This document shows, piece after piece, positions 1 to 6,393 of a stretch of DNA of 32,000 nt. The notes beneath the pieces are model-generated. The model worked only from the letters and a program-made list of their open reading frames with translations. It was not told where the DNA came from and did no database searches. The position numbers and the translations under genes were made by a program. This DNA comes from Micromonas pusilla (taxonomy: Eukaryota), in assembly GCA_000151265.1 (NCBI GenBank), contig GG663750.1, forward strand, positions 124,195 through 156,194. Direction: 5' to 3'. Position 1 is the first letter of the stretch; every line of letters starts with the position of its first letter.

Positions 1-131
1 TATGTCGAGCGTCAACACGCGCGCTTTGACGATGTAGACGTCCGACGCCGTGGAGGCGCCCTCGAGATCGCGCGACGCGATCTTACACAGGACGAGGAGG
101 ACGAGGAGGGCGTCGCTGACGCGCGCGTGAC

Positions 132-173
<42 letters not shown>

Positions 174-951
174 ATTCGGATCCTTTCTCCGCCGCCGCCG
201 CCGGCGTCGGATCGAAGTGCGCCTCCGCGCGCTCGAACACGACGTTGATCAGCCGCGTCAGCGACGCCTTCGCCGCGCACTGGTCCGCGTCGCCCCCCGC
301 CGCGGCGACCGCGACGTGCACGAGCGCGCGCGTCGCCGTCGCCAACGCGTCGCCGCGGAGATGCAACACGTCCGACGTCGCCGTCGACGTCAACGCTCTC
401 ACGCACGCGCGCTGCGTGCTCGCCGCGCCGCCCTCCGCGCACTTCGCGACCGCGGCGACGAGCTCGCTCACCGCCGCCTCCCTCGCGCTCGGCGACGCCG
501 CGTCCTCCTCCGCCGCGTCCTCCGCGTCGCCGCGCGCGTCGAGCGCCTTGGCCCACCGGACGCTCGCGCCGCGCAGGTCGCCGCTCGCCGCGATCGCGTC
601 GAGCGCGTCCAGCGCCGGCTCGCTCGCCGCCTTCGCACCGCATCCGCACGCGAGCCGCGTCACCTCGATCGCGGCGTCCACGAGCGCGTCGTCCGTCGCG
701 ACGACGCTCCCGAGCGCGCTCTCCGCGGCGGCGAGGGCGATGAAGTGGCGGCACGCCTCCTTGAGCGGATCCTTCTTCGCGATGGATGCGAACGTCCACG
801 GCGCCTCGCGGAGGCATCGATCGATCAGCGGCGGGAGGACGTCTCGCAGCGCGGAGGCGGGCGCGGGCGGCGGCGCGGGCGGCGGCGGCGCGGGTGGTGG
901 GGGCGGCGAGGGCGGCGGCGGTGACGCCGGTGGCGGCGATGGCGCCGTCAT
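1..951 (-). CDS. N-terminal (DCB-like) region of a BIG/Sec7-type ARF guanine-nucleotide exchange factor; the gene continues off the left edge
   Basis: Stop-free, GC3-rich minus-strand frame. It is absent from the ORF track because it leaves the window. ATG at 951..949 is the first ATG after an in-frame stop at about 1023..1021. Translation MTAPSPPPASPPPP...VLPPLIDRCLREAPWTF...LHLRGDALATATRALVHV...AKASLTRLINVVFERAEA...LLVLCKIASRD...VKARVLTLDI parallels recalled plant BIG1 motifs (LRIHGDSLLQIVRTCY, AKASLVQMSVIVFRRMEA, FRALCKLSMK). No intron or IE seen. Confidence 0.6.
131..174. repeat. (CGG)n/(GAC)n trinucleotide microsatellite inside the ARF-GEF coding region
   Basis: Run cggcggcggcggcggcggcggcggcggcgacgacgacgacg. 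It encodes SSSSSPPPPPPPPP on the minus strand. Confidence 0.8.
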
Positions 952-1123
952 CGCCCGCCTGCCCGCCTCGCGCGGACGAGATCTGACGGGCGTCGGCGGT
1001 CGAGCCGAGCCTCGGACGGTTCAAACCGAAGTCGGCTTTTTCCAGGCTTTTTGCCTTCCACGTCAGTCGTCGTAGCTTTTCGAGGTCACTACCGCCGACG
1101 CGCCGCGTCCCCGCACGACGATC
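952..1123. promoter_or_regulatory. Short divergent intergenic region, putative bidirectional promoter
   Basis: 172 bp separate two head-to-head start codons (951 minus, 1124 plus). No motif was validated. Confidence 0.3.
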
Positions 1124-1831
1124 ATGGTGAAGAAGGGACAGAAGGGACCTGGCAAGCCCTTCCTCGAGTGGTGCGCGGAGAACGGGGAGCGCGGCGAGAG
1201 GCTCGCCAACGAGTTCCGCGAGGAGCTGCCGACGGAGCTGACGAAAGGGTCGAAGTACGAGGCGAAGTGGAAGTGTTTGAAGTGCAAGCACGTGTGGCGG
1301 GCGAAGATGTTCAGCCGCACGAAGAGCGACAAACCCTGCGGGTGTCCGAAGTGCGCGAATCGCATGCCGGCGAGCAAGACGAGCAACTTCCTCGTGTGGT
1401 GCGAGAAGAACGGCGAGCTCGGGAAGAAGTTGTCGCGCGAGTACGTCGATAAGGACAAGCCACCGACGGCGGTGACGAAAGGGTCGGACTACAAGGCGCT
1501 GTGGAAGTGCAGCAACGTCGAGTGCAAGCACGTGTGGCGGGCGAAGATGTTGAACCGCACGACGAGCAACAAACCCCGTGGGTGTCCGAAGTGCGCGAAT
1601 CGCATACCGCTGAGCAAGACGAACAACTTCCTCACGTGGTGCGAGAAGAACGGCGAGCTCGGGAAGAAGTTGTCGCGCGAGTACGTCGATAAGGACAAGC
1701 CGCCGACGGCGGTGACGAAAGGGTCGAACTACAAGGCGCTGTGGAAGTGTGAGGAGTGCGCTCACGAGTGGCGGGCGAAGATGTTCCACCGTACGAACAG
1801 CGACAGACTCACCGGGTGTCCGAAGTGCTGA
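1124..1831 (+). CDS. Intronless protein with three tandem zinc-ribbon repeats (W-x-C-x(2,4)-C-x-H-x-W-x(12,13)-GCPKC; DUF4379-like 'probable zinc-ribbon')
   Basis: ATG-to-TGA ORF of 235 aa from the track. The unit FL.WC..NGE.G..L......P....TKGS.Y.A.WKC..C.H.WRAKM..RT.S....GCPKC occurs three times. The domain assignment is from memory of the motif. Confidence 0.75.
   Translation: MVKKGQKGPGKPFLEWCAENGERGERLANEFREELPTELTKGSKYEAKWKCLKCKHVWRAKMFSRTKSDKPCGCPKCANRMPASKTSNFLVWCEKNGELGKKLSREYVDKDKPPTAVTKGSDYKALWKCSNVECKHVWRAKMLNRTTSNKPRGCPKCANRIPLSKTNNFLTWCEKNGELGKKLSREYVDKDKPPTAVTKGSNYKALWKCEECAHEWRAKMFHRTNSDRLTGCPKC
1388..1831 (+). repeat. Intragenic tandem duplication, period 240 nt (zinc-ribbon units 2 and 3; the older unit 1 is at 1160..1387)
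   Basis: 1388..1627 and 1628..1828 align base for base with few substitutions. Example: aacttcctcgtgtggtgcgagaagaacggcgagctcgggaagaagttgtcgcgcgagtacgtcgataaggacaagcc versus aacttcctcacgtggtgcgagaagaacggcgagctcgggaagaagttgtcgcgcgagtacgtcgataaggacaagcc. Confidence 0.85.
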
Positions 1832-2003
1832 GGCCGACCGCCTGGAAAGCGTAAGCGCGTCGACTGACACGACGACGGCGCTCGCGAAAGAGAAAAGAGA
1901 ACCTCGAACGAACGATGCGATACACGCATAGTCATACATACACGCCTACGGCTAAAATACGACGCATCATACATCAATCATAATCACGACGACGCGCGTC
2001 GCG

Positions 2004-4735
2004 TCATAACACGCCCGCGACCTTATCGTCCTCCTCCCTCGACCCCCCGCCCCGCCGCTCCCGCATCGTCCGCTCCACCTCGTCCCTGAAGTCGTGCACG
2101 GTGACAAACGCGGGCAGCCGCTTCTCGTCCCCGGTGACGTGTTGCTCCGAGGACGCGTCCAGGTCGATCTGGTACACGACGTTTTGCTGCGATTCGATGT
2201 GACGTGGTGGGTCGTGATTGGTCAGGGGGGGTTGGTCAGGGATTTGGTGACGTGGTGGAACGTGTGGTCGACGGAAAGAGACGCGAGAGAAAAAAAAACA
2301 CCCGCTCGCACCTGAATTTGCGTCTCCATCCCGGGCGCCTTCTCTCTGTCCACGCCCGTGAGGTACGCGAAGATGCACCGCAAGATCGCCTGGTGCGACA
2401 CGATCAGAAGCGGCTCGTTGTAGCTCTCCATCTCCTGAATGCACGGCTCCAGGCGCGAGATGAGGTCAAAGTACGACTCCCCCCGCGGGTACCTATACGA
2501 GCGAACGTCGGGGTGGAGTTGAAAGGCGTCAGTCGGAGTTGAAAGGCGCCGAGGGCGGGGATTGAAACCGAGGGGTGAGCGGAGAGATGCGCCGGGAAAA
2601 GTCCTTCAGGATCGGCGTTCACCACGCCGACGCGGTCGTATGGGGACCAGTGTACAGAACACACCTATACCCGATCTTATCCATCTTCCTCAAGTAGGAC
2701 GCCTGCGGGTGCGTCGCCGCGACCTCCTCCGGGGTCAACCCCTCGCAGTCCCCGGCGAAGATCTCGTCGATGTTTCGATAGATCCGCGGGGCCATGCTCT
2801 CCCACGGCGCCCCGTTCGGCGGCGTCAGCGTCGGATGCGGGATCAGCGACGCCGTCTGAATCGTTCGAAGCATCGACGACGTCCACAGCCTCGCCGCGAT
2901 CGACGCGCCATCCGGATCCCCCTCCGCGCGCTCCTCCCACCCCGCGGCGCCGTCCAGGCCGTCCACGTCGCGCAGGTTCGATATGTGCCTCGCGGCGAAC
3001 TTGGCGAGGATCTCCGCGAAGACCCACCCGCGCTCGGTGATGGGCGAGTTCCCTCCCAGTCGCCCCGTCGTGTTGTACTCGCTTTCGCCGTGCCGGCACA
3101 GATAAATCGTGTGCTTCGTCGGGTGCGTCGCGGTGAGGAACTGCACGATCCGCTGCGGGAGGTACGCGCGCATGTTATTCGTCAGCACCTTCTCGCCGTA
3201 GTTTATGAGCTTGATGTACGACAGGTCGTCCTCGCTGCCGTCGTTCTGGAGCGTGACGTAGAGCTTCTTGAACTCGAGCACTTTCTCGCGCCACGCCGCC
3301 GCCGCCGCCTCGACGGCGCCGTCCGCGCCGCCGTTTATTCTTCCCTCGCGCACGTCCCGCGCGAGCTTCTGCGCTAAGATTTCGTTCACCAGGCTCTCCT
3401 TCGTGAGCGTCACCTCGATGAATATGGTCTTCACGCGCGTCTTCGTCTTCGACGTCGCGGAGAGCGACGCGAGCCTGCGTGGGTGAAGCGATCGGTCAGT
3501 CGAACGTCTTACCGGTCAAACGTTGAAAGGGAAGCGCGGGTGAAGAGTGACGACGGGAAAAGTCCTTAAGGAACGGCGTTCACCACGCGAACGGGGTTTA
3601 GGGTAGTTATGAACGTCGGGGTGGAGTTGAAAGGCGTCGGTTGAAGTTGAAAGGCATCGCGGTGTGTTGTCGGGATTGAAACCGTGGTGTGGGCGGAGAG
3701 AAACGCACGCGGGCGGGCAAAGTCCTTAAGGAACGGCGTTCACCGCGCCAACGCGGTCGTACGGGGACCAGTGTGATGAGACAGAACGCGCCTCGCCGTC
3801 GGAGCTCTTCCGCTGGCTCGGCGAGCTGTTCTCGTCCGTGGACTCCAAGAAGCTTCGGAGCTTCTCGAAGAACTCGACCGAGTGCGCGTTGGAGTCGGGC
3901 GGCGTCGGCGACGTCGCGCGGTCGGGGTTCATCGTCCCGACCAGCCCGCCGATCTTCGCGATGTCGAACGCTCTGACGTGGCACGTGAGTTGATGACGTG
4001 GATACGTGGCATTGGTTAGTTTCTTGGATTGATTCGCTTACGTGGAATAATGTGCGGTCGTGGGTCGTCGTCGCGACTTGAGGTCGCGGGTCGTCGACGC
4101 GACTCGCGGAATGGAAATCGCGCGCCGTGGAATCGCACCTGCAGCGCGCGCCGTGGAAGAACCGGAGGTACCGCTTTAAACGCAGGGCTATCGTGCGTTT
4201 TCCAACCAGCGGGAGCCCGAGGAAGATGAGGACGTGGCGTTCGCCGATGTTCCCGGCGAGCGCGCCGATGGGCGGCGGGACTGCGACGGCGGGAGAGGCG
4301 GGGCGGGTCGGAGGGAAGGGGATTCATCAGAATCGAAAGAAGCCGCGTCGGAGAGGGCGCGAGCGGATAGAACACGCAGTAAAAGCGAGATGACGCGACG
4401 ACGCGATGGGGCGCGCGCGCGCACCCGTCGTCGGCGTCGGGTTCAGCTTCGTCGCCGCGAGGAGGTCCTCCTGCGACCGGACGTACATGAACTGCGCGCG
4501 GAGGTGGGCGGGGACGCGAGGACGAGGGATCGTCAGCCGAGGAAGGAGGACGCCGAGACGTCGCGAATCGAAGAAGATGGAGACGGCAGGGAGCCGCGCG
4601 AGAGGAGGAAAAAGTGCCTTTCGTCGCGCGAGCGGATCGGACGCGCGCGGGCGCGGGACGCGCCTCCGCGTCCATGGACCGCCGCAGATCGACGGAGTCC
4701 CTCGCCGTGGGGGTGTCCATGACGTCGTCGATCAT
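2004..4735 (-). CDS. 6-phosphofructo-2-kinase/fructose-2,6-bisphosphatase (PFK2/FBPase2) family protein
   Basis: Well supported exons (minus strand): 4280..4139, 3972..3792, 3474..2665, 2492..2312, 2186..2004 (stop). Spliced sequence reads VLIFLGLPLVGKRTIALRLKRYLRFFHGARC-R-AFDIAKIGG...TIYLCRHGESEYNTTGRLGG...WTSSMLRTIQTA...GYR-YPRGESYFDLISRLEPCIQEMESYNEPLLIVSHQAILRCIFAYL. The RHGES histidine-phosphatase motif and YRYPxGESY are typical of the family. The 5' end (4281..4735) is unresolved. The frame with ATG at 4735 is GC3-rich only to about 4620, another frame (ATG at 4488) is GC3-rich over 4378..4560, and their junction was not determined. There is also a phase conflict at intron 3475..3791. 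Confidence 0.7.
2187..2311 (-). other. Spliceosomal intron (GT-AG, phase 0) carrying a type-D tail module (CCACGTCA / CCAATCAC motifs)
   Basis: Donor CAG|GTGCGAGC, acceptor ATCGCAG|CAAAAC. Splicing joins ...GMETQIQ|QNVVYQIDL... in frame. The tail ccaccacgtcaccaaatccctgacc...ctgaccaatcacgacccaccacgtcac resembles the tail of the IE at 5529..5727. Confidence 0.8.
2493..2664 (-). mobile_element. Introner element, type A (long), forming an intron of the PFK2/FBPase2 gene
   Basis: 172 nt. Donor TATAG|GTGTGTTCTGTACACTGGTCCCCATACGACC, short-form acceptor ...CGCTCGTATAG|GTACC. Phase 2. Removal gives ...KIGY-R-YPRGESYFDL, the conserved YRYPxGESY motif. Confidence 0.9.
3475..3791 (-). mobile_element. 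Compound intron made of two introner elements in tandem: type A (about 3600..3791) followed by a 5'-truncated type B tail (3475..about 3599)
   Basis: 317 nt. Donor GAG|GCGCGTTCTGTCTCATCACACTGGTCCCC. The type A copy ends ...CAACTCCACCCCGACGTTCATAACTACCCTAA with no AG. It then runs directly into CCCCGTTCGCGTGGTGAACGCCGTTCCTTAAGGAC...CGCGCTTCCCTTTCAACGTTTGACCGGTAAGACGTTCGACTGACCGATCGCTTCACCCACGCAG|. There are two TCCTTAAGGA palindromes, at about 3563 and about 3722. Confidence 0.8.
3973..4138 (-). other. Spliceosomal intron (GT-AG, phase 2) with a type-D-like tail
   Basis: Donor TGCAG|GTGCGATTCC, acceptor CCACGTCAG|AGCG. Splicing joins ...FFHGARC-R-AFDIAK. The tail is ctaaccaatgccacgtatccacgtcatcaactcacgtgccacgtcag. 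Confidence 0.8.
4281..4377 (-). mobile_element. Short intron with a degenerate IE-like 5' end (GCGTGTTCTATCC); boundaries tentative
   Basis: The acceptor GTCGCAG|TCCCGCCGCCC is the only AG available upstream of the P-loop exon. The donor is either T|GCGTGTTCTATCC (4377) or GCGT|GTTCTATCC (4373), depending on the upstream frame. Confidence 0.4.
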
Positions 4736-4980
4736 CACGGACGCGATCAGCCGCGGCGCCGCGCGAGGAGTGCCGCCGTTGGGGAGGGCGCGCGCGTCTT
4801 CGGAGTGCGTTCGACCTCGAGAGAAGAAAGATCCGGCTCGCGTCGCGTCGCGTCGACACGACCGCGACAGGACACTCGCGTCGCGGGCAGCGGCACTGCC
4901 ACTTGTCGATAAGAACAGTCTAAGCGCCGGTCGCGACCGTCGTCGCGCACTCCCCCCGCGCTCCCGCCGCCGCGCTCGTC

Positions 4981-5332
4981 ATGCCCCCGCACGCGACGTG
5001 GCGCGTCTCGATCGCGCCACCGGTATCGCGCGTCGGCCGCCGCGCGTCGACGTCGACGCGACGCGCGGCCGCCGCCGACGTCGGCGCGCGACGCGTCTCG
5101 TCGTCGCGTCGCCTTCGCGACGATCGACGCGGCGTCGCGATCGTAGCCGCCGCGTCTCCTCCGCGCGACGACGACGACGACGACGACTCGATCGAGGCCC
5201 GCGACGATCTCCGCCGGCGACGCGTCGCCGCCGCACTCGCGTGCGCCGCCGCGGTCGTCGTCGTCGCGCCGCCCGGATCCGTCGACGTCGTCCTCGGCGC
5301 GTCGTCGTCGTCGCTTTCGATTTCGATTTCGA

Positions 5333-5368
<36 letters not shown>

Positions 5369-6212
5369 TCGCCGCGCTCGTCGCGCCGCCGCCCGCGTCC
5401 GCGCTCGAGCTCGACCCGTGGAAGGAAGGCCGCGCGAGGAAAGCGCAGGCGCGCGCGATGGCGAGCGCGATGGTGGACGAGCGCGCGAAGAAGGAGGCGG
5501 AGGCTCGCGAGGAGCGCGAGCGCCTCAGGCGCGTCCCGTCTCGTTCTATCCCACACTGGTCCCCATACGACCGCGTTCGCGTCGTGAACGCCGTTCCTTA
5601 AGGAGGACTGGACTTTCTCTCTCGGCGCCATCTCCGTCGCTCTCTGTCGTCCAACGAAACGTCCACGTCATCATAATCCTAACCAATCACAACCCTTCCC
5701 GCCACGTCACCCGCCACGTCGACGCAGCACGGCGTACTACGCCAAAGCCGGCGCGGCGCGACGCGCGAGGTTCGCCGCGGAGAGGGACGGCGGGTACGCC
5801 CCCGCGGAGATCGACCGCATCGCGGAGGAGGCGGGACAGAGGGCGTTCGAGCAGACGGTGAACGCGCTCGACGCGGAGGCGGCGGAGCTCGAAGCGTACG
5901 AGGCGAGACAGGCGCGTGCGCCGCGCCGTCCGTCCGGAGGCGACGACGTTTGGTTTCGCTTTTGTTTTTTCACCCCGCGTCCCTTTCGAGCTCGACCGCG
6001 ACGCCGATCGACCGATCGACTGACCGATTTAAAAAATTCCTTTCAAAACGCCACAGGACGCGTTGCGGAGGACGGCGGAGGAACGAAACGCGGAGGCGCT
6101 CGCCGCCGCGGCCGCGGTCAAGGCGGAGGAGGCGGAGGAGGTCGCGCTCGCGGGCGAGTGCGCGGACGCGAACTCGCCGTTGATTCGACCGGGGAGCATC
6201 GTCTGCACGTGA
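4981..6212 (+). CDS. Hypothetical Ala/Glu/Arg-rich protein, probably coiled-coil, with a Ser/Arg/Ala-rich N-terminus
   Basis: join(4981..5528,5728..5911,6057..6212). GC3-rich frame from the ATG at 4981. Splicing gives ...EAREERERL-S-TAYYAKAGAARRARFAAERDGGYAPAEIDRIAEEAGQRAFEQTVNALDAEAAELEAYEARQ|DALRRTAEERNAEAL...SIVCT*. I recognised no family. Confidence 0.55.
5333..5368. repeat. (GTC)n microsatellite encoding poly-Ser
   Basis: Run acgtcgtcgtcgtcgtcgtcgtcgtcgtcgtcgtcgtt within the hypothetical gene (TSSSSSSSSSSSSF). Confidence 0.8.
5529..5727 (+). mobile_element. Introner element mosaic: type A head plus type D tail; intron of the hypothetical gene
   Basis: 199 nt, phase 2. Donor CTCAG|GCGCGTCCCGTCTCGTTCTATCCCACACTGGTCCCCATACGACCGCGTTCGCGTCGTGAACGCCGTTCCTTAAGGAG. 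The tail is ...GTCCACGTCATCATAATCCTAACCAATCACAACCCTTCCCGCCACGTCACCCGCCACGTCGACGCAG|. Confidence 0.85.
5912..6056 (+). mobile_element. GC-AG intron with an IE-like donor and a type-B-like tail but no central palindrome (possible deletion derivative)
   Basis: 145 nt, phase 0. Donor CAG|GCGCGTGCGCC. The tail TTCACCCCGCGTCCCTTTCGAGC...GATCGACTGACCGAT...CCACAG| resembles the type B tail CTTCACCCGCGCTTCCCTTTCAAC...GTTCGACTGACCGATCGC. Confidence 0.45.
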
Positions 6213-6265
6213 GCGCGAGTCGACGCGCGAGAGACGTACGCGTGCTTTGTGAGAGCGCGACGATG

Positions 6266-6344
6266 CTTTTTCAAAAAAGTTCATCGGTCCGTTGAAAGGC
6301 GATGCGATCAAATGTTGAAACCGAGCGGTGGGTGAAAAACGCAC
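6266..6344 (-). mobile_element. Orphan short (type S) introner element, antisense to both neighbouring genes, in the gap between stop 6212 and start 6394
   Basis: The minus strand reads CTGAG|GTGCGTTTTTCACCCACCGCTCGGTTTCAACATTTGATCGCATCGCCTTTCAACGGACCGATGAAC...GAAAAAG|. It is near-identical to the sense copy inside the CCD intron 10281..10396. No credible minus-strand coding frame surrounds it. Confidence 0.7.
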
Positions 6345-6393
6345 CTCAGTCGGCTCTGAAAAAACGGCCGTTTCTCGCGCGCGCGAACGAGTG

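Noticed and set aside
1020-1080. Weak similarity of GGTTCAAACCGAAGTCGGC to the type S element (GGTTTCAAAACG / CCGAAGGGTGGG) in the ARF-GEF / zinc-ribbon promoter gap
   Set aside because: Only about 12 nt match, with gaps, and none of the flanking type S blocks (TTTTCACCCACC, GACCGATGAAC) is present.
83-1939. 618-aa minus-strand ORF, the longest in the track, and the overlapping plus-strand ORFs 127..924 and 245..1075
   Set aside because: The composition is extreme in Arg, Ala and Gly, there is no GC3 bias, and the ORF runs antisense through the zinc-ribbon gene. The real coding frame in 1..951 is a third minus-strand frame with clear ARF-GEF similarity. Long stop-free frames are expected by chance in DNA this GC-rich.
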